A program made the position numbers and the translations under genes. A stretch of 64,000 bases of DNA from Alphaproteobacteria bacterium (GTDB lineage: Bacteria; Pseudomonadota; Alphaproteobacteria; RF32; CAG-239), in assembly GCA_017457005.1 (NCBI GenBank), contig JAFTII010000009.1, positions 3,392 through 67,391 on the forward strand. Direction: 5' to 3'. Shown here one piece after another: positions 39,149 through 47,297 of the stretch. The notes below the pieces were generated by a model that made no database searches, was not told the origin of the DNA, and worked only from the letters and a program-made list of their open reading frames with translations. Position 1 is the first letter of the stretch, and the number at the start of each line of letters is the position of its first letter.

Positions 39149-42100
39149 TTTACAAACAGAAAAATTGAACCGCATATCCTTAGCCACTCGCCAACAACAA
39201 CAAGCCGCTAATCCGACAACATCTGTTTGGGTAGAAGCATCTGCCGGAACGGGCAAAACCAAGGTCTTATCAGATCGTGTTTTGCGCATTTTATTAAACG
39301 GGACTCCTCCTTCAAAAATACTATGCCTGACATACACCAAAGCCGCTGCCGTAGAAATGAATAATCGCATTAGCAACCGCCTCAGCAGATGGACCGTAGC
39401 TAATGACCAAGATTTAAGCTCTGATTTGCAAAAACTCTTCAATAGCAAAAATATTCCTTCTGAAACTTTTACTCAAGCCAGACGTTTATTTGCTTTGGTG
39501 TTAGATACTCCCGGAGGAATGAAGATACAAACCATTCATAGCTTTTGCCAAGAAATACTTAAGCGTTTTCCCTTAGAAGCTAAAATTTCACCTTATTTTG
39601 AAGTTATGGATGACCGAACAGCTAAAGAAGCCCTTGAAAACATAAAAACATCTTTATTTCAAAAAATAGAAAGCGCCCCTGACAGCAAAACTGCAAAGGC
39701 ACTAAATTATATTACGACCAAATTAAGCGAAAACACTTTTCCGAAATTAATGAATTCCATAACAAATAATCGTAATAAAATTATACGCATTCTAAATAAT
39801 TATTCGTCTTCTGATGAGTTTATAAAAACACTTGCGCAACGTTTAAAAATATCTCCAAACACCACCTGTCTTGATATCTTACAAGATTTCTGGCAAAAAA
39901 CAGACACCGAAACAATAAATAAATTTGCAGAAGCAATGCAAATCGGATCCGATAAAGACAAAAGCAAATCTTTAATGTTACTTTCATCTGTAAAAAAACA
40001 AAATTATAATGACTACCGCAAAATATTCTTAACCGATAAAAATGAACCCAGAAAAAGTCCTGCAACCAAAAAAGTTTTATCAATCTTTCCTGAAGCTGAA
40101 GGATTTGCTTATAACGAAGCTATGCGATTGCTTGCAACAGATAATAAAATCGCAGCAAGTGAACTTTTAGCCTCAACATCTGCTGTACTATATTTAGCAC
40201 AAGATTTATTAAACTGCTACACCGAATTCAAACAACTTCATTCTAAAATGGATTATGAAGATTTAATAATTCAAACTGAACAACTGCTAAACAATCCTTT
40301 GGTTGCCGACTGGGTTCTTTATAAATTAGATGGCGGCATTGACCATGTTTTAATAGATGAAGCCCAAGATACATCACCAACCCAATGGTCAATTATTAAA
40401 TCCGTTACTAATGAGCTTTTTTATGGCAACAGCAGTAAAAGTAAAAAAGGTTCTGTGTTTGCTGTTGGCGACCGCAAACAATCTATTTATTCTTTTCAAG
40501 GAGCAGATCCCCAAGAATTTGAAAACAGCAAACAACATTTTGCCTCAAAATCATCATCTTCCTCACCTTTTGAAGAAATTAACCTTGATGTTTCTTTTCG
40601 CTCAACTTCTGCAATTATGGATGTTGTTAACCAAGTTTTTTCATCTCCGGAAGCAAAACAAGGTGTGGTTCTGCCCGAACAAACAGTATGTCATATTCCA
40701 TCACGTATCGGAGAAGGCGGAAGAGTAGAAATATGGCCTTTAATAGAAGCCAAAAAAGATGAAAACCCCAATATTTGGTTACCTCCTGTTGAAAGAATAA
40801 AAGCTGAATCTACAAGTTCTCGCTTAGCAAATTTAATCGCCGAAACCATTTACCGCCAAGTAAGCGGCAAAGAAATACTGACTTCTCAAAATCGCCCTAT
40901 TTGCTACCGTGATTATATGATTTTGGTACAGCGCCGAAACAGTTTTGTTGAAGAACTGGTTCGTGCCTGCAAAAATTTAGGCGTAAATATTGCCGGAGCA
41001 GATAAAATAACTCTTTCTGAACAAATCGCAGTACAAGATCTAATCTCTATAGCCAAATTTGCCTTACTTCCTGAAGATGATTTAAGTTTGGCCGAAGCAT
41101 TAAAATCTCCGATTTTTGCTTTAACCGATGATGACTTATTGAAACTTTGCTATAATCGCGGACAAACCAGCTTATGGCAAAGACTAAAACAATCTTCATC
41201 TTACCATAACACCGTTCAAGATTTACAATCCATCTTAAATTTAACCGACAATCTTCGTCCTTTTGAATTCTTCAATTACATTTTAACTATCTTAAAAGGT
41301 CGGCAAAAGTTTATATCCCGTTTAGGACACGAAGCTGATGATGGTCTGGACGAATTTATCAACTTAACTCTTGCTTTTGAAAAAGAACACATCCCTTCTT
41401 TACAATTATTTATAGAATGGATAGAGCAAGATGATATAGAAATCAAAAGAGAGCTAGAGCAAAACCAAGCCGACGCAGTACGTATCATGACCGTACACGG
41501 CTCTAAAGGTTTACAAGCCCCCATAGTTATTTTACCGGATACCGTACGAGTAAAAGCTATTCGCAATGAAGCAGAAATTCTAATGGACAAAGATTTGTTC
41601 TTATATCCGTTCAGTTCATCTGAATATGAAGATTATTGCAAACAAATAAAGAGCGAACAAAAAAGATTATCCTTAGAAGAATATCATCGCTTGTTATACG
41701 TAGCTCTAACCAGAGCAGAAGAACGGTTATACATTTGCGGCTATCAAAAAGGAAGTATCAGTGCCGATTCCTGGTACCAATTATGCAAAAATGCACTTTC
41801 CGGTATCATGACTCAAGACAGTGATAAAGATGTCTATGAAATTAAGCAAGAAATTCCTCTGCCGGAAATAAAACATGATTCCTTAAAAAACGACAAGCCT
41901 ATATTATTTTCTTGGTTAAACACCCCCGCAAAAGAAGAATCCCCCCTTGCCAAACCTCTAGCCCCATCTAAAGCAGATGATGAAGAAGATTTAATGTCTT
42001 CCCCCCTAACCGATAATCATCCGGAATACTTTAAACGAGGCATTATCATCCATAAACTTTTACAAATCTTACCTGACATTCCGTCAGAAAAAAGAATTTC

Positions 42101-42491
42101 TACTGCTGAACAATATTTAAAAACACAATATTCGGAAATACCTGCCGGCGAACAACAAAAAATTATTTCCGAAATTATATACCTGCTCAATCACTCTCAT
42201 TTTGCATATCTTTTTTGTTCTACTTCAAAAGCAGAAGTTCCTATAATGGGAGAAGTCAACGGAAAAATAATATCCGGACAAATAGACCGTTTGGTTATTT
42301 TACCCGATCAAATAGCTATCATAGACTATAAGACCAATCGCCCCGCAGCAAAAACTTTAACTGATGTTCCTTTGTCATATTATAAGCAATTACGTGCATA
42401 CAAAGCCTTAATAGCAAAAATATATCCCGATAAAGAAATAAAAACATATATTTTATGGACTAATACGGCACACTTAATGGAAATAGAATAA
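39141..42491 (+). CDS. addA: Double-strand break repair helicase/nuclease AddA (UvrD/Rep family)
   Basis: Walker A ASAGTGKTKVL, DEAQDTSP, TVHGSKGLQAP, and the C-terminal nuclease motif GQIDRLV...IIDYKTNR. The start was placed at the second ATG, after GAGGA. Confidence 0.9.
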   Translation: MTDLQTEKLNRISLATRQQQQAANPTTSVWVEASAGTGKTKVLSDRVLRILLNGTPPSKILCLTYTKAAAVEMNNRISNRLSRWTVANDQDLSSDLQKLFNSKNIPSETFTQARRLFALVLDTPGGMKIQTIHSFCQEILKRFPLEAKISPYFEVMDDRTAKEALENIKTSLFQKIESAPDSKTAKALNYITTKLSENTFPKLMNSITNNRNKIIRILNNYSSSDEFIKTLAQRLKISPNTTCLDILQDFWQKTDTETINKFAEAMQIGSDKDKSKSLMLLSSVKKQNYNDYRKIFLTDKNEPRKSPATKKVLSIFPEAEGFAYNEAMRLLATDNKIAASELLASTSAVLYLAQDLLNCYTEFKQLHSKMDYEDLIIQTEQLLNNPLVADWVLYKLDGGIDHVLIDEAQDTSPTQWSIIKSVTNELFYGNSSKSKKGSVFAVGDRKQSIYSFQGADPQEFENSKQHFASKSSSSSPFEEINLDVSFRSTSAIMDVVNQVFSSPEAKQGVVLPEQTVCHIPSRIGEGGRVEIWPLIEAKKDENPNIWLPPVERIKAESTSSRLANLIAETIYRQVSGKEILTSQNRPICYRDYMILVQRRNSFVEELVRACKNLGVNIAGADKITLSEQIAVQDLISIAKFALLPEDDLSLAEALKSPIFALTDDDLLKLCYNRGQTSLWQRLKQSSSYHNTVQDLQSILNLTDNLRPFEFFNYILTILKGRQKFISRLGHEADDGLDEFINLTLAFEKEHIPSLQLFIEWIEQDDIEIKRELEQNQADAVRIMTVHGSKGLQAPIVILPDTVRVKAIRNEAEILMDKDLFLYPFSSSEYEDYCKQIKSEQKRLSLEEYHRLLYVALTRAEERLYICGYQKGSISADSWYQLCKNALSGIMTQDSDKDVYEIKQEIPLPEIKHDSLKNDKPILFSWLNTPAKEESPLAKPLAPSKADDEEDLMSSPLTDNHPEYFKRGIIIHKLLQILPDIPSEKRISTAEQYLKTQYSEIPAGEQQKIISEIIYLLNHSHFAYLFCSTSKAEVPIMGEVNGKIISGQIDRLVILPDQIAIIDYKTNRPAAKTLTDVPLSYYKQLRAYKALIAKIYPDKEIKTYILWTNTAHLMEIE

Positions 42492-42591
42492 AAGTTATAT
42501 ATAAGCTATAAAATAAACTTTAATTTATCAAAAAAATGCTTATATTATACTTATAACTTAACTCTTATTTTTATATATGGAAGGATTTATA

Positions 42592-42906
42592 ATGAAAAAC
42601 ATTTCTGATGCTCAATTTGAAACAGAAGTACTTAACGCTAAAGGTCTTGTCTTGGTAGATTTTTGGGCAGAATGGTGCGGTCCTTGCCGTCAACTTTTAC
42701 CAATTCTTGAAGAAGTTTCTAAAGAAATGGCAGATAAAGTTGAGGTGTGCAAAATGAATGTTGATGAATCTCCAAATACCGCCTCCCAATATGGTATCCG
42801 TAGCATTCCGACAATGTTTTTGTTCAAAGACGGTAAGCAAATTGATGTAAAAGTCGGATTAAATTCAAAATCTTCACTGGAAAATTGGATTAATTCCAAC
42901 CTCTAA
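42592..42906 (+). CDS. trxA: Thioredoxin
   Basis: DFWAEWCGPC active site. 104 aa from MKNISDAQF, preceded by AAGGA. Confidence 0.95.
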   Translation: MKNISDAQFETEVLNAKGLVLVDFWAEWCGPCRQLLPILEEVSKEMADKVEVCKMNVDESPNTASQYGIRSIPTMFLFKDGKQIDVKVGLNSKSSLENWINSNL

Positions 42907-42921
42907 AACTCATTATTCAAC

Positions 42922-42950
42922 AAAAAACCACCTTTTCAGGTGGTTTTTTT
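42922..42950. terminator. Bidirectional terminator between trxA and the anmK paralog
   Basis: aaaaaaccacct tttc aggtggttttttt. Confidence 0.75.
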
Positions 42951-44250
42951 ATTTTTTACTCCAGCCTTTAGCAGCACGAGACCAAAGTTGCGTATTATTA
43001 CCTTTTGGACACACCATAATTCCACAAACTGTAGGAGATTTACATCCCGTAATATCAGGAGTTGTAAAAGGTTCGTTGCTTACAAAACATTTTGCCATAT
43101 CCGCAAAAATTCGTGCTTCCATATATTTTGAATCATAACCAAAAACATCCGTTTTATCAACGATTGCATCCTTTCTATATAAAAATTTAGAAACTTTAGC
43201 CGCATAAGAAGAAAACATCGTTTTATTAGTTAATATTTTCTCAAAATGCTCTCTGATAACCGGATTATTCCAGCCTCCGCCATACAATAAAAAATATTTA
43301 GGTTGTCCGACATTAAAAGGAATATGAACCAAAGAACGAACAAATATTTCTGCAGCAAAACATTCTGCCGTATAAATACGATCCTCTAAAGGTACTGATT
43401 TATCAATAAGTTCAGGAATAATCTTATACCAAGCCGGATCCGATGATTTTGGAGGATAACAATATAAAAAATTCTCTCCTTTAGCAGTTATAACCGCAGA
43501 AGAAAAAAGTTTATCCATAAGATTAAAATTTATCTTTCCTTTTTTTCCTATTTTGCCATCAAAATCACATGATTGTCCCGCCTCATTCCTTGCCAAATAG
43601 TCAGCATAATGATTAAACGGTCCCACATCCCATCCGACAACTTTAAGATTCTTGGTATTTATATCTTCAGATACAATAGATATGTTGCCAGTATTTCCTC
43701 CATTACAAAAGGCTACCGGAAAAATATTTTTTTCTCTCAAATGGTTGGATATATGAACATGATGTTGTGGAGCTAAAGGCGCTCCTTCTCCTCCGTTCAT
43801 AATATCATCAGAACGAAAATCAAAAACCACCGGTATCCCGGTCAAATCTGCTAACATTTGTCCGGATCCGATTTGCAATGTTGAAGCCTCTTCTTCTCCG
43901 GCAATTGACGGAGGGAAATGATGACAAGTTTGCCCGTGAAACCCGATGGCTCTAACTTCCGAAATATCAATATTATGCTTTTCCAACAATTCGTTAATTG
44001 TTCGTGCAACTAACCGAATATAATCATCATGCAATTGTTCAAGCCATAGACGATTATCATTACAAACCTTCTCAATGTCTCCTTTTTCAAGAGCAAGTTT
44101 TTGCTTCAATGATAAAAAACGAGAAGATATTTCTTCAGGAATAGCCAGACTATAACCACATATATCTTTAATTTGCTCATTATTAAAATCGGTTAAAACA
44201 ACATCAACAGCATCTAGGGAGTTGCCGGTCATCACGCCGATAAACTTCAT
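42949..44250 (-). CDS. Divergent AnmK-family anhydro-sugar kinase paralog
   Basis: MKFIGVMTGNSLDAVDVV, GFHGQT, NGGEGAPLAP and WDVGPFN parallel the motifs of the anmK at 6244. About 70 aa longer. The start was placed at the ATG after AGAGGA. Confidence 0.75.
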   Translation of the reverse strand: MKFIGVMTGNSLDAVDVVLTDFNNEQIKDICGYSLAIPEEISSRFLSLKQKLALEKGDIEKVCNDNRLWLEQLHDDYIRLVARTINELLEKHNIDISEVRAIGFHGQTCHHFPPSIAGEEEASTLQIGSGQMLADLTGIPVVFDFRSDDIMNGGEGAPLAPQHHVHISNHLREKNIFPVAFCNGGNTGNISIVSEDINTKNLKVVGWDVGPFNHYADYLARNEAGQSCDFDGKIGKKGKINFNLMDKLFSSAVITAKGENFLYCYPPKSSDPAWYKIIPELIDKSVPLEDRIYTAECFAAEIFVRSLVHIPFNVGQPKYFLLYGGGWNNPVIREHFEKILTNKTMFSSYAAKVSKFLYRKDAIVDKTDVFGYDSKYMEARIFADMAKCFVSNEPFTTPDITGCKSPTVCGIMVCPKGNNTQLWSRAAKGWSKK

Positions 44251-44331
44251 CTGGTAGTCCTCTAAAAAATTTAGCAATACTAGAACTATAGTTTTATTTT
44301 TTCACAAATGCAATCAAAAAGTTCAAGTTAT

Positions 44332-44360
44332 AAAAAATCCCCGCAGCCATCGCAACGGGG
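44332..44360 (-). terminator. Terminator downstream of the 44367-44855 gene
   Basis: The minus strand reads ccccgttgcgatggctgcgggg followed by atttttt. Confidence 0.6.
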
Positions 44361-44366
44361 TTATAA

Positions 44367-44855
44367 TCAACATAAGCTGATTAAAATTTTCTTCTTTAGA
44401 GGGTTATAACTCTCTATTTTACAAGACACTTTCTGTCCTTTTGTGAGTGTGCGACACGTTTTCACAACACACTCAACTTTTGGAGCAAGAGATATTTGAC
44501 AATCTCCGGAATGATACTGGTGTTTGACTTCTCCTGTAACAATACTTCCTTGCGGATGTTTTTCAATAAAATCATCTGTCGGAAAATTTTGCGGAACAAC
44601 ATCAACATACACTTCCGTATAAGAGCCAAACTCTTTCTTACGCATTCGTTTCATTAGCTTAACAACTTTCACCAGCCAATATTCCCCCACTTTAAATATA
44701 ACGTGAGGATTAATTTGGCTACGCTTAGGAAGATAATATACACCATCCAAATCTGTTGAAAGCACCGAAAACGTAACACAACTGTCTTTTACGACTTTAA
44801 CCTGCGCTTGATATACAAAACTTATACCTAACGCAAATCCTTCATTAGTTTTCAT
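44367..44855 (-). CDS. Hypothetical protein with S1/OB-fold-like C-terminal half
   Basis: GSIVTGEVKHQYHSGDCQISLAPKVECVVKTCRTLTKGQKVSCKIESYNPLKKKILISL resembles an S1 RNA-binding domain pattern. The first ATG was used; the maximal ORF begins with TTG at 44897. Confidence 0.4.
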   Translation of the reverse strand: MKTNEGFALGISFVYQAQVKVVKDSCVTFSVLSTDLDGVYYLPKRSQINPHVIFKVGEYWLVKVVKLMKRMRKKEFGSYTEVYVDVVPQNFPTDDFIEKHPQGSIVTGEVKHQYHSGDCQISLAPKVECVVKTCRTLTKGQKVSCKIESYNPLKKKILISLC

Positions 44856-44954
44856 AATATAAAAATAATTATCAATTATGTTGACAGCATAATACAAAAA
44901 AAATTAAAAGACAACCATTTTTAGACAAAAAAACATTTACTCAAATAAAAACGC

Positions 44955-44982
44955 TTGCAAAATAAAAAGATTGTGCTATAGA
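44955..44982 (+). promoter_or_regulatory. Candidate sigma-70 promoter of rplKA
   Basis: TTGCAA, 16 nt, TATAGA, with TG at the extended -10 position. About 105 nt upstream of rplK. Confidence 0.4.
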
Positions 44983-45089
44983 AATAGCTGAATTTTAAGC
45001 ATAAAAATCTTAAAATTTAAATTGTCTTAACATTCGTGGAAGAACAGCCATTGTTCGGACCACGATCCTAAATTATAAAGGATATGAAA

Positions 45090-45527
45090 ATGGCTAAATC
45101 TAAAAAGAAAATTTTAGGCTTAATCAAGCTTCAGATCCCAGCTGGTAAGGCTAACCCATCTCCTCCGGTTGGTCCTGCTTTGGGTCAAAAAGGCTTGAAT
45201 ATTATGGAATTTTGTAAAGCATTCAATGCTGCAACACAAAAATTGGAACCGGGAATTCCTGTTCCTGTTGTAATTACAGCATTTGAAGATAAATCATTTA
45301 CATTTATTACCAAACTTCCGCCGGTTGCTTACTACTTGAAAAAGGCTGCAAACGTACAGTCTGCTTCTAAAGAACCTGGCAAAGTTGTTGCCGGACAAAT
45401 AACAATAGCTCAAGTTAAAGAAATTGCTGAAACCAAACTTCCTGACTTAAACTGTTCTACAGTTGAAGCCGCTATGAACATGGTAAAAGGTCAAGCTATT
45501 TCTATGGGCATTAAGGTTGTGGAGTAA
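45090..45527 (+). CDS. rplK: 50S ribosomal protein L11
   Basis: [35 protein letters not shown]. Confidence 0.95.
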   Translation: MAKSKKKILGLIKLQIPAGKANPSPPVGPALGQKGLNIMEFCKAFNAATQKLEPGIPVPVVITAFEDKSFTFITKLPPVAYYLKKAANVQSASKEPGKVVAGQITIAQVKEIAETKLPDLNCSTVEAAMNMVKGQAISMGIKVVE

Positions 45528-45531
45528 TATC

Positions 45532-46212
45532 ATGGGTAAAAGAATCGTAAATGCTTATAAAGCTGTTAACAAAGATCAAGCTTATGCTTTAAATGAAGCT
45601 GTTAAAATTGTTAAAGCTAATGCTACTGCAAAATTTGATGAAACCATTGATATTGCTGTTAACTTAGGTGTAGATCCCAAATACGCAGACCAAATGGTTC
45701 GCGGTGTATGCTCTCTTCCTCACGGAACAGGCAAAACTGTTCGTGTAGCAGTGTTTGCTCAAGGCGAAAAAGCTGATGAAGCAAAAGCTGCCGGTGCAGA
45801 TATTGTCGGAGCAGAAAATTTGGTAGATTCCATTTTATCAGGAAAAGTAGATTTTGACCGTTGCATTGCAACTCCTGATATGATGGGTATGGCAGGTCGC
45901 GTTGCTCGCGTTTTGGGTCCTAAAGGCTTAATGCCAAACCCAAAATTAGGTACTGTTACTGCTGATGTTGCTGAAGCTGTTAAAAAAGCCAAAGCCGGTG
46001 AAGTACAATATCGTGTAGAAAAGAACGGTATCGTACATGCCGGTATCGGAAAAGCAAGCTTTAGTGAAGAGCAAATCTTTGAAAACGCCAAAGCTTTTAT
46101 TGACGCTATCATTAAAGCAAAACCAAGTGGAGCTAAAGGAACTTACATGAAGAAGATTTCTTTGAGCAGCACTATGGGTGTTGGTGTAAAAGTAGATTCT
46201 GCAAACATCTAA
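45532..46212 (+). CDS. rplA: 50S ribosomal protein L1
   Basis: [24 protein letters not shown], and [15 protein letters not shown]. The start follows GGAG. Confidence 0.95.
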   Translation: MGKRIVNAYKAVNKDQAYALNEAVKIVKANATAKFDETIDIAVNLGVDPKYADQMVRGVCSLPHGTGKTVRVAVFAQGEKADEAKAAGADIVGAENLVDSILSGKVDFDRCIATPDMMGMAGRVARVLGPKGLMPNPKLGTVTADVAEAVKKAKAGEVQYRVEKNGIVHAGIGKASFSEEQIFENAKAFIDAIIKAKPSGAKGTYMKKISLSSTMGVGVKVDSANI

Positions 46213-46224
46213 CACTAAAATCAC

Positions 46225-46258
46225 AAAAAAGACTCTGTTTTTTACAGAGTCTTTTTTT
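46225..46258 (+). terminator. Rho-independent terminator after rplA
   Basis: aagactctg tttttta cagagtctt followed by tttttt. Confidence 0.75.
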
Positions 46259-46336
46259 ATGCAAAATTTATAAAAAACATCTTGACCTTTTATATGGTTT
46301 GAGCTAAAAGACTTATGTTTTCAGAATAATAATTCT

Positions 46337-46437
46337 GGAGAGGTGGCAGAGCAGTTTAATAAAGCGATCTTGGAATCGCAGATGGCTGAAAGCCCAAACC
46401 GGAGAAGTAAAACGAAGTTTTACAGACGGTTTTCTCC
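46337..46437 (+). pseudogene. Degenerate tRNA-Ser-like copy (pseudo-tRNA)
   Basis: The first 24 nt (ggagaggtggcagagcagtttaat) differ at one base from the intact tRNA-Ser 123 nt downstream. The D-stem 3' half is lost, the anticodon stem gcgat/atcgc encloses a 6-nt loop, there is no GTTCGAATC T-loop, and the 3' strand tttctcc can pair with the 5' end only through two G-U pairs. No CCA. Confidence 0.55.
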
Positions 46438-46459
46438 TAAATTATTATGCACACACCTT

Positions 46460-46549
46460 GGAGAGGTGGCAGAGCGGTTTAATGCAGCGGTCTTGAAAAC
46501 CGTCGAGGGGGCGACCCCTCCGTGAGTTCGAATCTCACCCTCTCCGCCA
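46460..46549 (+). tRNA. tRNA-Ser (anticodon UGA), class II with long variable arm, CCA encoded
   Basis: Acceptor GGAGAGG/CCTCTCC, anticodon loop CTTGAAA, variable arm cgagggggcgacccctccg, T arm GTGAG-TTCGAAT-CTCAC, then GCCA. Confidence 0.9.
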
Positions 46550-46554
46550 ATAAT

Positions 46555-46586
46555 AAAAAAAGCGACCATTAAGGTCGCTTTTTTTA
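46555..46586. terminator. Terminator after tRNA-Ser (bidirectional shape)
   Basis: aaaaaaagcgacc attaa ggtcgcttttttt. Confidence 0.75.
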
Positions 46587-46605
46587 TTAGATTTACCACT
46601 ACCAA

Positions 46606-47061
46606 CTAACTTAACTTTGAACGCTTCTCAAGTAATTCATCAACAGATTTGATAACTCTTGCCGGATTACCTGCAACCACCGAATTAGCCGGCACATCTC
46701 GCGTAACAACACTCCCGGCTCCGACAATACTATTATCCCCGACAGTGACTCCTGGTAATATAATTGATTGCCAACCGATAAAACAATTATCGCCTATTGT
46801 TATCGGAGAAAAAAAGGTTGGCTTATCATGAGCAAACAGCGATGCATCGTGAGCCAATAAAGTACAACCGGTCAATACGCAGTTTTTCCCTATTGTTATT
46901 TTAGCATATTTAGTTTTATCAATAGAACACGTAGAATAAATATAAGTTCCCGAACCGATTTTATAACCGCGAAATCTAAATTTTTGAGCATTAATTATTG
47001 GGTTAGGAATTTTCCTTAACTTCATACCAAAAAGAACTAAAAAATTTTTCAATTTTTTCAT
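46606..47061 (-). CDS. Hexapeptide-repeat (LbH) acetyltransferase
   Basis: [50 protein letters not shown]. Confidence 0.8.
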   Translation of the reverse strand: MKKLKNFLVLFGMKLRKIPNPIINAQKFRFRGYKIGSGTYIYSTCSIDKTKYAKITIGKNCVLTGCTLLAHDASLFAHDKPTFFSPITIGDNCFIGWQSIILPGVTVGDNSIVGAGSVVTRDVPANSVVAGNPARVIKSVDELLEKRSKLS

Positions 47062-47259
47062 TTTTAACCCCGTTTAACTATAAGTAAGTATAGTTTTACA
47101 AAATCAAAAAACAAGAAAAAATGAATAACATGTTATTACTTGTTGAAAATTTCAGAAAAAACATCGTTCAAATACAATAACTTAATTTTGCTACTATAAT
47201 AATTATTGGCTAACCGAAATATTTAGCATCACTGCTAAACTTACAACATTTTAAACTCT

Positions 47260-47294
47260 AAAAAACACACAATTTGCAAATTGTGTGTTTTTTC
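47260..47294. terminator. Terminator downstream of the GT5 gene (12-bp palindromic stem)
   Basis: aaaaaacacacaatttgcaaattgtgtgtttttt. Confidence 0.7.
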
Positions 47295-47297
47295 TGT

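Noticed and set aside
39014-39448. 144-aa minus-strand ORF spanning the addB/addA junction, plus many other 60-140-aa antisense ORFs inside long genes
   Set aside because: All are embedded antisense in genes with strong family signatures and lack RBS or terminator context. They are typical shadow ORFs of AT-rich DNA.
46343-46605. ORFs 46343-46525 (+) and 46420-46605 (-)
   Set aside because: They run straight through the pseudo-tRNA-Ser, the intact tRNA-Ser and its terminator, so they are artefacts of the six-frame scan.
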